Shown here piece after piece: positions 17,683 to 28,201 of a stretch of DNA of 64,000 nt. How positions within the stretch are numbered: position 1 is the first letter of the stretch; the number at the start of each line of letters is the position of its first letter. This DNA is from Patescibacteria group bacterium (GTDB lineage: Bacteria > Patescibacteriota > Patescibacteriia > GWA2-46-9). Where the stretch lies: positions 29,898 to 93,897 of the forward strand of contig JBAYUF010000004.1 of the NCBI GenBank assembly GCA_041675205.1, read 5' to 3'. The notes below the pieces were generated by a model. The model saw only the letters and a list, made by a program, of their open reading frames with translations, made no database searches and was not told the origin of the DNA. A program made the position numbers and the translations under genes.

Positions 17683-19059
17683 ATGGTGAAATCAATGGAC
17701 GAATTGGTGTCATTCGCCAAACGTCGCGGCTTTATTTTTCCGGGTTCAGAAATCTATGGTGGACTGGCGAACGCCTGGGACTACGGACCGCTTGGTGTTG
17801 AACTTAAAAATAACATCAAGCAAGAGTGGTGGCGACGCTTCGTGAATGCTCGTCCCGATGTTGTTGGTATCGATGCGGCGTTACTGATGAACCCCAAGGT
17901 CTGGGAAGCCAGTGGCCACCTTTCTAATTTCACTGACCCCTTGGTTGAAGACAAGGTCACCCACGAACGCTTCCGACTCGATCAACTCCTGGAAGCACAA
18001 GGGATTGATATAACGGGCCTCACCTTTGAGGAAATGCGCGCGGCGGCCAAACATAACAAGGTGCAAAGCCCCCACGGCAATGAGCTCACAGAAGCCAAGC
18101 AGTTCAACCTCATGCTCAAAACCTTCCTCGGACCCGCTGAAGCGCAAGCGAACGTCGTTTACTTCAGACCAGAAACAGCGCAATCAATGTTTGTAAATTT
18201 TAAGGCAGTGCTCAACGCCACGCGTCGACGGCTTCCGTTCGGCATCGCCCAAATCGGCAAAGCCTTCCGAAATGAAATCACACCAGGCAATTTCATCTTC
18301 CGCACCCGTGAATTCGAACAAATGGAAATTGAATACTTTATTCGCGAATCAGAATGGGAAACCCACTTCTCCGCCTGGCTGGCGAGTATGCAACAATGGA
18401 TTCGTGACCTCGGCATTACTGAAGACCATATAGTACTCAAAGATATTGCGGACGGCGAACGCGCCCACTACTCAAAACGCACCATCGACATTGAATACAC
18501 GTTCCCGTTTGGTACCAAAGAACTCTACGGTCTCGCCTACCGCACAGATTTTGATTTACAGGCGCACATGACTGGCAGCGGTGAAGATCTCAGCTATACC
18601 AATCCTGAAGATCCAACGGATAAATTCGTGCCACATGTCATCGAACCAACCTGGGGAGTTGATCGCACCGTGCTGGCAGTACTGTGCGAAGCGTATACAG
18701 AAGAAGCCGCACCAACGGCTGACGATAAAGCAGAAACACGAATTGTGATGAAGCTTCCCTACTGGCTTGCGCCGATAAAGGTAGCCGTGCTCCCACTCTC
18801 CAAAAAAGAAGAGCTGGCGACCATCGCTAAGCCGTTATTTGCAGAGCTCGCCAAACGCTTCGTCTGTGACTATGACGAAACACAATCTATTGGTCGCCGG
18901 TATCGACGACAAGACGAGATTGGCACACCCTTTGCCGTAACCGTTGACTTCGATACGGTGAACGACCACTGCGTCACTCTTCGCGACCGCGACACAATGG
19001 AGCAAGTGCGACTTCCTATTACAAACCTTGCCGACGAAATTGCTCGGCGCTTAGCGTAA
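17683..19059 (+). CDS. glyS: Glycine--tRNA ligase (alpha2, eukaryote-like)
   Basis: KRRGF.F.GSEIYGG, RPETAQ, FRNEITP..FIFRTREFEQME, IGRRYRRQDEIGTP. Confidence 0.96.
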   Translation: MVKSMDELVSFAKRRGFIFPGSEIYGGLANAWDYGPLGVELKNNIKQEWWRRFVNARPDVVGIDAALLMNPKVWEASGHLSNFTDPLVEDKVTHERFRLDQLLEAQGIDITGLTFEEMRAAAKHNKVQSPHGNELTEAKQFNLMLKTFLGPAEAQANVVYFRPETAQSMFVNFKAVLNATRRRLPFGIAQIGKAFRNEITPGNFIFRTREFEQMEIEYFIRESEWETHFSAWLASMQQWIRDLGITEDHIVLKDIADGERAHYSKRTIDIEYTFPFGTKELYGLAYRTDFDLQAHMTGSGEDLSYTNPEDPTDKFVPHVIEPTWGVDRTVLAVLCEAYTEEAAPTADDKAETRIVMKLPYWLAPIKVAVLPLSKKEELATIAKPLFAELAKRFVCDYDETQSIGRRYRRQDEIGTPFAVTVDFDTVNDHCVTLRDRDTMEQVRLPITNLADEIARRLA

Positions 19060-19063
19060 AACA

Positions 19064-20341
19064 ATGCAAACTATCAAACGTAGCCGACTCAAAAACGGCC
19101 TGACGCTTTATGTCGCACCTATGCCAAGCGCCCAAAGTGCCACAGTACTGGTGCTCGTACGAGCCGGTTCAAAGTACGAAACAAAACGAACAAATGGTTT
19201 GTCCCACTTCCTTGAACACATGTTTTTTAAGGGCACGGCCAAGCGACCGACACCGAAAGACGTTGCCGCCGTGCTGGACGCGGTCGGTGGCGAATATAAC
19301 GCCTTTACCGACAAAGAGCACACCGGCTACTACGCCCGCCTCGACGCTCGCCATATCCCGCTGGCGGTAGACTGGGTGGCAGACATGTTGCTGCACTCTA
19401 ATCATGCGGCTGAAGAAATTGAAAGAGAAAAAGGTGTCATACAGCAAGAATTGGCCATGTACTACGACACGCCGACTTCATACATTGGCGACGTCCTCGA
19501 GTCCCTGCTCTACGGCGACCAGCCCGCTGGATGGGATATTGGTGGCACCCGGCAGACGGTCGCCAACGTTACTCGTCGTGATCTCCTGGCCTACTTCCAA
19601 AGCCGTTATGTGGCGAACGAAACCATTGTGGTCGTGGCCGGTAAAGTACAAGCCGCAAAGATTGAACGACTCATCGAAAAACACTTCGCTATCTTACCGA
19701 AACGTCGTACCACGCCAAAGCTAGCGGTGAAAGAAAAGCAAACAGCACCGGCCTTTAAGCTACAAGAAAAGCAAACTGACCAAACGCATCTCGCCCTGGC
19801 TGTTCGCACCTATAACGCGTATGACGAACGGCGATACGCCGTGGCTGTACTTTCTATGATACTTGGCGGCAACATGAGCTCTCGACTGTTTACCAGTTTG
19901 CGAGAAAAGCACAGCCTCGCCTACTACGTTTCAACCCGTTCCCAGTACTACTCAGACTCAGGCTACTTGGTAACAACGGCTGGTGTGCCAAACGGTAAAC
20001 TGGCCGAAGCAACGCACATCATTTTGAGTGAATACGAAACAATCAAACGAATTGGCATTGATGCCGCGGAACTCAATCAAGCCAAGGATTGCTTCAAAGG
20101 GCATGCTGTCATTGGGCTCGAATCATCGAGCGCCATGGCGAGTTTCCTTGGCGACCAAGCAATTCTGAAAGATAAAGCAGAACCAATTGAGTCTATGCTA
20201 AAACACATCGACCGCGTTACAACAGAGCAAGTGCTCAGTGTGGCAAAAGATATCTTCCAGAATAAAAAATTGAACCTCGCCGTCATTGGACCAAAGGGCG
20301 AGGAAGTAGCCGTTAAAGCCGCCCTTCGCTTCGCCATCTAA
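19064..20341 (+). CDS. M16 (pitrilysin) family peptidase
   Basis: HFLEHM inverted zinc motif, NAFT, SSRLF..LRE...LAY. Confidence 0.93.
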   Translation: MQTIKRSRLKNGLTLYVAPMPSAQSATVLVLVRAGSKYETKRTNGLSHFLEHMFFKGTAKRPTPKDVAAVLDAVGGEYNAFTDKEHTGYYARLDARHIPLAVDWVADMLLHSNHAAEEIEREKGVIQQELAMYYDTPTSYIGDVLESLLYGDQPAGWDIGGTRQTVANVTRRDLLAYFQSRYVANETIVVVAGKVQAAKIERLIEKHFAILPKRRTTPKLAVKEKQTAPAFKLQEKQTDQTHLALAVRTYNAYDERRYAVAVLSMILGGNMSSRLFTSLREKHSLAYYVSTRSQYYSDSGYLVTTAGVPNGKLAEATHIILSEYETIKRIGIDAAELNQAKDCFKGHAVIGLESSSAMASFLGDQAILKDKAEPIESMLKHIDRVTTEQVLSVAKDIFQNKKLNLAVIGPKGEEVAVKAALRFAI

Positions 20342-20349
20342 TTAACCAG

Positions 20350-20811
20350 TTACAGCCAAACGACCAGCAACCAAACAAGAATAAACAACGACACCTGCAC
20401 AATGTAGCCCAATACTGGATGAATTGGATGCTTCAAAAAACGATGCGCAGCATCGTGCATTGTATGGAAATCTGGTAAAAATTTTTTCCTTGATACATGC
20501 CAACAACCATCAAGGACATCTGGCAGCACGGCGCCAAGGGCGCCTGTGAAAAAAGCAGCCGGATGTCGAGTAATACCGCTTGCATAAAACAGGGTGACGA
20601 TAGCTAAAGCGGTAAGCGCATCGAGAATAAATAAAGCAGCCACCCACCGCTTACGTTCAGGCGCGAGCAAGTACTTTTCAATCCGCTCGTCGCCATGCGG
20701 CACTGCGTCAAAAATGAAATGCGAGAGCATGCCGGCAAAACCAGCGACATACGGCTCGTCAATGACATCGCCAAGCAGAGCACCAATTGATGCGTGAACA
20801 GTTAGAAACAT
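20350..20811 (-). CDS. Membrane protein, metal-dependent hydrolase-like
   Basis: H..G, SHF.FD..PH.D, G..LPD, H..H.F motifs. Confidence 0.7.
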   Translation of the reverse strand: MFLTVHASIGALLGDVIDEPYVAGFAGMLSHFIFDAVPHGDERIEKYLLAPERKRWVAALFILDALTALAIVTLFYASGITRHPAAFFTGALGAVLPDVLDGCWHVSRKKFLPDFHTMHDAAHRFLKHPIHPVLGYIVQVSLFILVWLLVVWL

Positions 20812-20849
20812 TTCATCAGTATACTGACCAATCCCCCTTCCGTCACATG

Positions 20850-20886
20850 AAAAAAACAAACGCTCCGACAAAGTCGGAGCGTTTGT
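20850..20886 (-). terminator. Intrinsic terminator after the RRM gene
   Basis: CAAACGCTCCGAC-AAA-GTCGGAGCGTTTG plus an A run on the + strand. Confidence 0.8.
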
Positions 20887-20907
20887 AGGAACAACGTCGG
20901 AAGACGC

Positions 20908-21165
20908 TTAGCGCTGACCCATTGGTCGCGCCTCGTTCACGGTGATGGTTCTACCACTCAAGCTCTGCCCGTTCCAGGCGGAGATTGCTGCATCTGCCTC
21001 TTCGTCCGTCGACATTTCGACGAAGCCGAAGCCCTTCGACCGTCCGGTTTCCCGGTCAGTGATGATCTTGGCTGATGCTACCGTGCCCGAGTTAGAAAAC
21101 GCGTCTTTGAGGTCCTCATCCGTGGTGGAGTAAGGAAGCCCGCCGACGAAAAGTCGCTTTGCCAT
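20908..21165 (-). CDS. RRM RNA-binding protein
   Basis: RNP2 LFVGGL, RNP1 KGFGFVEM, VNEARP. Confidence 0.95.
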   Translation of the reverse strand: MAKRLFVGGLPYSTTDEDLKDAFSNSGTVASAKIITDRETGRSKGFGFVEMSTDEEADAAISAWNGQSLSGRTITVNEARPMGQR

Positions 21166-21305
21166 TTCTCGTGCTTTGGTTACGTTACAAGTGCTCGTAA
21201 GGCGACCTAAATTCTCGGCTGTGGTCGCTTGGTAGCGTAAACAAGACACGAGAACCTTACATTGCGAAAATACTATAGCAGCTTTAACGCAACTTGTAAA
21301 GGGGG

Positions 21306-21767
21306 CTATTCAGGCCCTCTCCGGCGAACGTATTCAGGCCGCTCTGGTAAGTCAAAAAATAAACCGCGAAAACTTTTACTGCTGTAGTACAAAGCAAAGG
21401 CAAAAAGGAAGGCTATGAAATGACTGGCTACAAAAAAGGCGAGATGCGTGTTGCTTAGTGCGACCGCTGCGTAGCTGGTAGCGGACACATAGACAAAACT
21501 GTAGACACCAGCAGCAGAAACGACAAAATCAGTTGCGATAATCCAGCGCTGCAGAGGATTCGTTAATCCAGCTAACAGTATCAGCGCTAAAACAATAAGA
21601 GAAATTGCAAACGCTGATACTGGCAAGAGCGAAACAACGAATGGACTCACTATTGTTAAAGTAATTGCTATAGCAATGAACAAACGGCGAACAATGTCTC
21701 CGTAGTAATGCACCGTGGCAACGACCGGCACTACATGTTGGTCGACTGCTCGTAAATGTGAGTCCAT
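21306..21767 (-). CDS. Hypothetical 4-TM membrane protein
   Basis: 153-aa hydrophobic ORF. Confidence 0.7.
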   Translation of the reverse strand: MDSHLRAVDQHVVPVVATVHYYGDIVRRLFIAIAITLTIVSPFVVSLLPVSAFAISLIVLALILLAGLTNPLQRWIIATDFVVSAAGVYSFVYVSATSYAAVALSNTHLAFFVASHFIAFLFAFALYYSSKSFRGLFFDLPERPEYVRRRGPE

Positions 21768-21802
21768 GAGTTTATAATAACTCGTTTCAAAAGGTTGGCC
21801 AA

Positions 21803-23176
21803 CTATGAGTTGACGTTACCTAATCGCTGATGAACAGCTGCACTATACGTAGACACCGAGAATCTCCGGTCACACCCTGAACGAGCCATAAAGCGAACCG
21901 TGCCGAAAATCGGCCGAGGAAACCATGGCCGGTCATGAACGCCGCCAATAGACCAGGCGATACCTGCGTAGCCATTGGGGTCTCGCCCGTCGACTTGATA
22001 CCGGTCATTCAACCCAACCGCAACGCGCATGGCAATGGTGGCTGAGGGTGACCACTCTAGTATTTTTTTTGCCCAGTACATGCGCAGGTACCCAGGCATG
22101 GTGCCGCAATGCACCAACTCAAGCTGGGCCGCATTCCACAGTTCGTCATGTGTCTGTGCCTTGTCTAACGTGGCTTCACTGTATAGGTACGGACGCTTAT
22201 CACGACTATGCTCTGCAAGTGTTTTTTGCGACCAGGCTGGAAAGCCTTTTATCGAGTCGTAGTTCTCATTGTAAAAACAAAAGTTCTCCGCCAGTTCACG
22301 ACGAACTATCAATTCTTCCAAGAAGGTTTCGGCTGCTTCTGACCGTGGCTGCTTCATAACTTCTAGAGCGACTCGGGCTGCTGCCAGTTGCCCAAAATGT
22401 AGATACGGCGACAACAGTGACTGCCCAGACTTCGTTGGATCATTACGATGCTCTTTGTAATGACGCAGTTTATTTTTTATAAAATATCGCATCTTTCGAT
22501 TCGCTTCTTTTGGTCCTGGTTCAAGTTCACTCGGCAAGCGAATCGCTTCATTTACTTGCACCGTGCGCCGTATCGTTGACCAGTTTACAGTTGGACAATT
22601 ACCTGACCACGGAAATGGATGACGCCGTACCTTTGGGAATGGTGTTAGGTACTCCGGCAACAGTCGCGTAATCTTTGGTCGCAATGTTCGAGCCGAGTAC
22701 TCTTGCTTTGGTGAAGCCAACCAGCACGGCACGATATTATGTGCATCAACCTCAATGAGTGGTACTGGCAGTTCTTTGGCTAATGTCGAACGCCACTCAC
22801 GAGCGCGTCGAAGTGGAGAAAAATCTGTTACCACTGCTCCAACTTTGTGACGGCGAACAAACACTTTTATTGCCTTTACCGGGTCGTCAAGCAGGATAAA
22901 AAATGGTAGCCGCAATGTACGTGCCTCTGTTGCAACGGCGCGTAACCCAGGAAGCATAAAATCAACCAGACGGGCTGTACCACGGTGCTGTCGTAAATCA
23001 GGGCGTAAACAGAAAACAACTATAAGGGGCACTTTTTGCTGCACGGCTAATGACTGCGCATGCGATAAGGCCCAATTATCTTCAATTCGCTGATCCCGAG
23101 ACATCCAGTACACGACAGGACCAACACCATGCGGTTTGTCGTTCAGTGTTCGAGCACGACGCAAGTCACTATGCAT
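21803..23176 (-). CDS. phrB: Class II CPD photolyase
   Basis: YWMSRDQR..DNWAL, VDAHNIVP, LSPYLHFGQ, RMYWAKKILEW, DGRDPNGY. Confidence 0.95.
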   Translation of the reverse strand: MHSDLRRARTLNDKPHGVGPVVYWMSRDQRIEDNWALSHAQSLAVQQKVPLIVVFCLRPDLRQHRGTARLVDFMLPGLRAVATEARTLRLPFFILLDDPVKAIKVFVRRHKVGAVVTDFSPLRRAREWRSTLAKELPVPLIEVDAHNIVPCWLASPKQEYSARTLRPKITRLLPEYLTPFPKVRRHPFPWSGNCPTVNWSTIRRTVQVNEAIRLPSELEPGPKEANRKMRYFIKNKLRHYKEHRNDPTKSGQSLLSPYLHFGQLAAARVALEVMKQPRSEAAETFLEELIVRRELAENFCFYNENYDSIKGFPAWSQKTLAEHSRDKRPYLYSEATLDKAQTHDELWNAAQLELVHCGTMPGYLRMYWAKKILEWSPSATIAMRVAVGLNDRYQVDGRDPNGYAGIAWSIGGVHDRPWFPRPIFGTVRFMARSGCDRRFSVSTYSAAVHQRLGNVNS

Positions 23177-23309
23177 AGCTTCAGTGTACTGAATTCCAGA
23201 CGTAGCGTCATTTAAAATAAAAACGATTCTATCCGTCCGTGTCGAAAGCTACTAGCAAATCTTTCGCAAATAGGTTATGCTACGAATAGCTATAGTCTGT
23301 AATAATCCT

Positions 23310-24092
23310 ATGAATTTATATCTCTACGTCATTTGTTTCTCGCTCATTGGAGGTCTTATCTCGCTTCTTGGTGCAGTGATACTACTCACCAGCCAACGGT
23401 TACAGCCACATCTCCACCATATGTTGAGCTTTGCGGCTGGCGCACTCCTGGCCACTACGTTCCTGGAACTCTTACCTGAAGCAACCGAGTTACTAGCCGA
23501 ACGTGGTACACACACAGACGGACTCTTTGCCTGGACACTCACCGGCTTCGTTCTTTTCTTCCTAATGGAGTCTTTCTTTCATGGCCGAGCCACTCACCCA
23601 TCAAACGACGTCATAGAGAGCGGTGGCGGACATCACGACCTATCTCACGCTCCATGGTTTGTTATTATTGGCGACACACTACACAACTTTGTTGATGGCA
23701 TTGCCATCGCTGCTGCCTTCATTGTAAATCCCGGGCTCGGTATCGTAACAACCTTTGCTGTTGCCGCGCACGAAATCCCCCAAGAAATTGGTGACATGAG
23801 TGTCATGTTAGCGGCGGGCTGGAAAAAAAGTAGAGTCATTGGTTGGAATATTGTCAGCGCGGCGGCGTCTCTACTCGGCGCGATACTAACCGTTTCCTTG
23901 CAGGCATTCGTTGAACCCTACATTGCCGCCCTTTTGGCACTAACCGCCGGCTTCTTCATTTACATTAGCGCCGCCGACCTCGTGCCTGAGCTCCATCGTC
24001 GTACGAGGCAAGATAAACTCGGCCATGTGGTAACGATGTTTCTCATTGGTATAGCGGTCATAGCGATTGTTACAAAAGTTGCTCACGGCTAG
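23310..24092 (+). CDS. ZIP family metal transporter
   Basis: SFAAGALL, HNFVDG, HEIPQEIGD, His-rich loop. Confidence 0.93.
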   Translation: MNLYLYVICFSLIGGLISLLGAVILLTSQRLQPHLHHMLSFAAGALLATTFLELLPEATELLAERGTHTDGLFAWTLTGFVLFFLMESFFHGRATHPSNDVIESGGGHHDLSHAPWFVIIGDTLHNFVDGIAIAAAFIVNPGLGIVTTFAVAAHEIPQEIGDMSVMLAAGWKKSRVIGWNIVSAAASLLGAILTVSLQAFVEPYIAALLALTAGFFIYISAADLVPELHRRTRQDKLGHVVTMFLIGIAVIAIVTKVAHG

Positions 24093-24110
24093 GCGTGAAG
24101 CGCTAGTAAT

Positions 24111-24147
24111 AAAATCGCCCCGGCAAGATGTCGGGGCGGTTTTTTTA
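24111..24147. terminator. Bidirectional terminator
   Basis: AAAATCGCCCCGGCA..TGTCGGGGCGGTTTTTT between convergent genes. Confidence 0.75.
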
Positions 24148-24159
24148 TCTACACTATTT

Positions 24160-24576
24160 TTAATCTTTGTTCACGTAAGCCTCGAATGCTTCTTTATCTC
24201 CGTATGGCAGAAAATCTTTCTGATGCTCTGGCGCATGAAAACCTTCGTACTTTTTATGCATAATGGCACACCAAAATTTTTCTGATTCAGCCGCTATCCG
24301 CGCACAATATGGCAACAAACCATTGGCGTAACCACAGTAGGCACAATGTACCTTTTCAATGAGTGACAGGTAGGAAAGCTTGTGACGGTCAATGCGAATA
24401 TAGTCTCCCCGCTTAACATACGGCAAACCGTATATGGGAAAAGAAAACCGATGGTAGAGCTCGGTCGCAATATCAAGAAATAAAAGCGGTACAGCCATAC
24501 CATAAATAAAAGGCCCAGTAAGCCAATAGAGAAGGATTCGACTTGGTTGTTTCTGAAGTTCTTTTCGAAATTGCAT
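24160..24576 (-). CDS. Conserved hypothetical protein (CxYC.YANG, W C.I.H)
   Basis: 138 aa with one TM and conserved-looking Cys/His motifs. Confidence 0.75.
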   Translation of the reverse strand: MQFRKELQKQPSRILLYWLTGPFIYGMAVPLLFLDIATELYHRFSFPIYGLPYVKRGDYIRIDRHKLSYLSLIEKVHCAYCGYANGLLPYCARIAAESEKFWCAIMHKKYEGFHAPEHQKDFLPYGDKEAFEAYVNKD

Positions 24577-24596
24577 GTCGGCAAGTCTAGCTGGGA

Positions 24597-24625
24597 TTGA
24601 CTAAAAAGGCAAAAGGTGCTAGTTT
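24597..24625 (+). promoter_or_regulatory. sigma70-type promoter of cassette 2
   Basis: TTGACT-N17-TAGTTT. Confidence 0.6.
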
Positions 24626-24655
24626 ATTGGCACTTTGAGCCAGGAGGTGATGAGG

Positions 24656-24832
24656 ATGAGGAGTTGTGGAAGGCTTACATTCACAGCCAAGCGTTTCGAT
24701 GGACACTGGTTCCTCGAGATCTGCCCCAGGGCCAATCTCAGACGTTTGACGCCCGATCCAATTTTCTTCAACCCGTCGACGGCGAGACCCGTGCCAGCGA
24801 CGGACAATCGCAGGGTGAGAACTCTGCACTGA
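24656..24832 (+). CDS. Small orphan protein (58 aa, MRSCGRLTF...)
   Basis: AGGAGGTGA SD just upstream of the ATG; downstream of a promoter. Confidence 0.5.
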   Translation: MRSCGRLTFTAKRFDGHWFLEICPRANLRRLTPDPIFFNPSTARPVPATDNRRVRTLH

Positions 24833-24842
24833 AGGAGGTCGC

Positions 24843-24977
24843 ATGACGCGACAAAATAAGGCGAGGGCTGTTGCCAGAAAGGCGGCCAAGAAGAAGGGAG
24901 AGAGCAACGGTGGCGGCAAGAAGAAACGCCACAACAACCGTTCGGCAAAAAGGCCGAAGAAAAAGAGGGAGAAGTAA
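24843..24977 (+). CDS. 44-aa Lys/Arg-rich peptide (MTRQNKARAVARKAAKKKGESNGGGKKKRHNNRSAKRPKKKREK)
   Basis: Hand-translated; AAGGAGG SD; followed by hairpin TGGCGGCTGG..CCAGCCGCCA; not in the ORF track. Confidence 0.6.
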   Translation: MTRQNKARAVARKAAKKKGESNGGGKKKRHNNRSAKRPKKKREK

Positions 24978-25116
24978 CCCTCTCCCACCCGACCGACCCG
25001 CATGGCGGCTGGTGAGCAAGGTATCCCCTAGCTCCCAGCCGCCAAAAAATTTGCCAAAAAATGAATCACACCCCGACACAACGTCGTGGTGTGATTTGTA
25101 AACTCACTAACAATGC

Positions 25117-25896
25117 TTATCGAATTTCGTACTGCAACGTGACGCTTATATTCACTTCTTGGCTGCCAGGCTCAATAGTCGGCGTTGGTACTGCAGCTTT
25201 CGTTTCCGCCATCATATCTCTCTCCCCGCCGTAGGCAAGCGGATACACTGGTGGCTGACCACTTGTTCCTTCCGACACTGAAAGGAGTCGCCCTAATCGG
25301 AAGTTACCGGCCTCAGCAATATCTTTTGCTTTGGCTTGCGCCTTGGCAAAAGCTTCGGCGCGCGCTTCGTTTTCTGATGCGGTTGGGTCGTCTACCGTGA
25401 ACTGCAAACCAGAAACCGAATTAGCACCATTTGCTACAACACCAGAAAGTAACGTTCCAGCCTTAGCAAAATCGTGCACCTTTACACCAACGCTTTGGCT
25501 CACTGTGTAGCCAACGATTGATGGTGGTGGGCAAGGAGCAACACCGGTACATGGGTAGTACTGGTAACTTGGTGAAACGTTATAGCCCTGTGTGCGAATG
25601 TCTTTCTTGTCTACCCCCTGCGCCTTCAAGTAGTCAATAGCGGCATTGGTCTTTTCGGTGTTCTTTGTTTGGAGCACCGCCACGTCGTCCTTGCCTTCAG
25701 TAATAACCGTAAAACTAAATTCGGCCACATCTGGCACCACCACAGCCTTACCATCACCACTCACCGAGAAACTACGAAACGACGTTGGTTCCGCAGCCCG
25801 ACTGTATGTTTTCACGTACGCCAACGCACTTACTGCTACTGCCGCAAGCGTGAACGTACCGACAATATAAAGCGCATTTTGAATTCTTTGATTCAT
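25117..25896 (-). CDS. SIMPL (DUF541) domain protein
   Basis: SVSG.G....PD.A, I.T..YNV.P.Y, GAN.VSGL.F, IEPGSQE. Confidence 0.92.
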   Translation of the reverse strand: MNQRIQNALYIVGTFTLAAVAVSALAYVKTYSRAAEPTSFRSFSVSGDGKAVVVPDVAEFSFTVITEGKDDVAVLQTKNTEKTNAAIDYLKAQGVDKKDIRTQGYNVSPSYQYYPCTGVAPCPPPSIVGYTVSQSVGVKVHDFAKAGTLLSGVVANGANSVSGLQFTVDDPTASENEARAEAFAKAQAKAKDIAEAGNFRLGRLLSVSEGTSGQPPVYPLAYGGERDMMAETKAAVPTPTIEPGSQEVNISVTLQYEIR

Positions 25897-26124
25897 AGTG
25901 TTTTTAAATAGTAAGTATTTTTAGTATAGCACAGACGGGAAGAGAGGGTCGCACCATTATTGGGGCGACCCTCTCGAAACCTCTTCAAACCTGCACCCCC
26001 TCGCTCAGCGCCAGCGCGAACTAGAATGCTTGCGTGGCGTGAAGTGAAAGGCGCCGATTGTCGGCGCAGGCGGCGGAGACTGCCGGTTGCAGGTGTCCGG
26101 CCTGCGTCGTGCCCGCTCACGCTC

Positions 26125-26403
26125 TCAATCGGAGAGGTACGGACCCGTTTTCCATGCCCACGGACCACCTTCGCCATGCGCCCGCTTACCCGGAAAAGGA
26201 ATCGCAGGCGCGCCAGGCACCGGAGATGCGAAAGTCCCATGGTCGTCGACGAAGTAGAGCACTCCGCCGCGCCACGCGACTGACCGCCTGGTCTTCCTGG
26301 CGAACCGCCTCTGGGTCGCACGGCGACGTTCCTTCACCTTCGAATGCCTCGAATGCGACGATGACGTCGACTGCTTCTTGGGGGAAGCCGCTACCGATTG
26401 CAC
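26125..26403 (-). CDS. Small basic orphan protein (cassette 3, gene 2)
   Basis: GGAGG 5 nt before GTG; K/R/S-rich N-half; start and frame uncertain. Confidence 0.35.
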   Translation of the reverse strand: MQSVAASPKKQSTSSSHSRHSKVKERRRATQRRFARKTRRSVAWRGGVLYFVDDHGTFASPVPGAPAIPFPGKRAHGEGGPWAWKTGPYLSD

Positions 26404-26417
26404 CGGCTCCTCCATCC

Positions 26418-26654
26418 TCACGCCATGCGCTCGGACGGAAGCCTTATCGAGCTGACCAACGAGCACCACGCCGCGTGCCCCTTCTTCGGCAATCTTGAAA
26501 TAGTGCCTGCAACTGCACTGCGCCTACAGATCGCCACCCCCGCCCTGCTCGTCTTCCAGAACGTCCTTGTCGACTCGACAAGACGCACGATCGCGCCGCA
26601 GCTACGATGGCGAAAGTACTGGTCAATCCAGGGTCCTTGCTCTTCTGCATACAT
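26418..26654 (-). CDS. Small orphan protein (78 aa, MYAEEQGPW...)
   Basis: AGGAGG SD before ATG; TTGCCT-N17-TAGAGT promoter at 26752-26724. Confidence 0.5.
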   Translation of the reverse strand: MYAEEQGPWIDQYFRHRSCGAIVRLVESTRTFWKTSRAGVAICRRSAVAGTISRLPKKGHAAWCSLVSSIRLPSERMA

Positions 26655-26872
26655 GATGCTTTCCTCCTGCCTTGGGTTCAAAATTGTGCCTAACCTGCCT
26701 CCTGACTCTTCGGGAACGAAAGAACTCTATGGGAGAAGTAAGAAAAAGGCAAGATAAACATAACTTTTCTTGCTCATCCAAGAAAAGTCACCAGAAGTCA
26801 TGCCAGAGGCAGATCCGCCTTTGGTGGACTGGTCTCTATTATTTTAACGAAGCAAAAGAGTAATGAAATCCC

Positions 26873-28075
26873 TTACTCCAGTGCTTTTTTATACTTTTCA
26901 ACAATTTTAGAAAACCCTTCTCGCTCCCCATCTGCTATCGGTTCACCAGGTGGCAAAACTTCCGCTAATGGATTAACTTTCACACCATTTTTAACAAGTT
27001 CATAGTGCACATGCGGCCCCGTAGAGAACCCTGTTGAGCCAACGTAGCCGATAACATCTCCTTGGCTCACCTTTTCCCCACGTTTCACTGCAAATTTGGA
27101 CATATGAGCGTAGTTGGTACTGAAGGTGGCATTGTGTCGAACAGAGACCTTATTACCATATGAGCCGTCCCATCCAGCGAGTGTAACGGTACCGTCTCCT
27201 ACAGCTCGAATTGGCGTGCCGTACGACGCAGCATAATCTATTGCCCGATGCCCCGTGCTCACGTTAAAGGCTTGCACGTACCGCCTGCCCGTTGTGAAGC
27301 CAGACGAAATATACCGATACGCTACCGGTGCTTTCAAAAAAAGTTTACGAACGCTATTCCCATTATCGTCATAGTATTGAAATTCGCTGCCCGGTACGGT
27401 GTAGCCAATCGCATACGCCGCCGTACCAGCATTCACATATTTCCCCGCGAGTACCCGGCCTGAACCTGCCTTTTCTCCATTGAGGAATCGTTCTTCATAT
27501 ACAACGGCGAACGTATCCCCGCTGCGAACATCTTGGGAAAAATCAACACTCCACTGCAACGAATCGGCAAATGCGATGACCGTTGCTTCATCTATGCCAG
27601 CAGCTAGCGCCGACTGATACAACGTTTCAGAAACAACCCCCGTCGCCGTACGCTCCGTTACCTCATACGGAATTGCTTGTCGCACAGCTCGCCACGCGCC
27701 GCTTTCGTCTCGCGTTACAATCAATTCTTCTTCGTCATCGATGTCGTAAACAAGTCGACCCAGTATGGCGCCAGCTGAATCAAAATAGAGTGCAATTGTT
27801 CGACCACTCCGAATAGTAGCAAGATCGTAAACCGCAAATGCCGCATCATAGATACTCGACGAAGCTTCAGTTGTTATGCCAGCGCTCGTCATGAGTACCC
27901 CATAGGTCGCCCCGTCGCTAATTGCAACGATTTTTTTGTGCTCGTCTGAAGCGGCAACCTTATTTGCCGGATGCACAAATTCTGAAGCCGTACCGTACTG
28001 ATTAATCGCTTTGTACGACGTCAGGCACGCGAGTACCGCGGCGGCTATAAGAAGCGTATGTTTTAGTGACAACAT
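26873..28075 (-). CDS. M23 family peptidoglycan endopeptidase (MepM-like)
   Basis: HRAIDYAA..GTP, YAHMS, GYVGSTG.STGPHVHYE. Confidence 0.93.
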   Translation of the reverse strand: MLSLKHTLLIAAAVLACLTSYKAINQYGTASEFVHPANKVAASDEHKKIVAISDGATYGVLMTSAGITTEASSSIYDAAFAVYDLATIRSGRTIALYFDSAGAILGRLVYDIDDEEELIVTRDESGAWRAVRQAIPYEVTERTATGVVSETLYQSALAAGIDEATVIAFADSLQWSVDFSQDVRSGDTFAVVYEERFLNGEKAGSGRVLAGKYVNAGTAAYAIGYTVPGSEFQYYDDNGNSVRKLFLKAPVAYRYISSGFTTGRRYVQAFNVSTGHRAIDYAASYGTPIRAVGDGTVTLAGWDGSYGNKVSVRHNATFSTNYAHMSKFAVKRGEKVSQGDVIGYVGSTGFSTGPHVHYELVKNGVKVNPLAEVLPPGEPIADGEREGFSKIVEKYKKALE

Positions 28076-28201
28076 TGCACGCAGCATAACACAGCTACGC
28101 ATGGATACGAAACGGAATACACAGCGTACTAGTACATTGAAACATTGCGAAAGAAACGCCCGGCGCCAATGGCACAGGACGTTTCTTTTGGGTCTTTTAC
28201 T

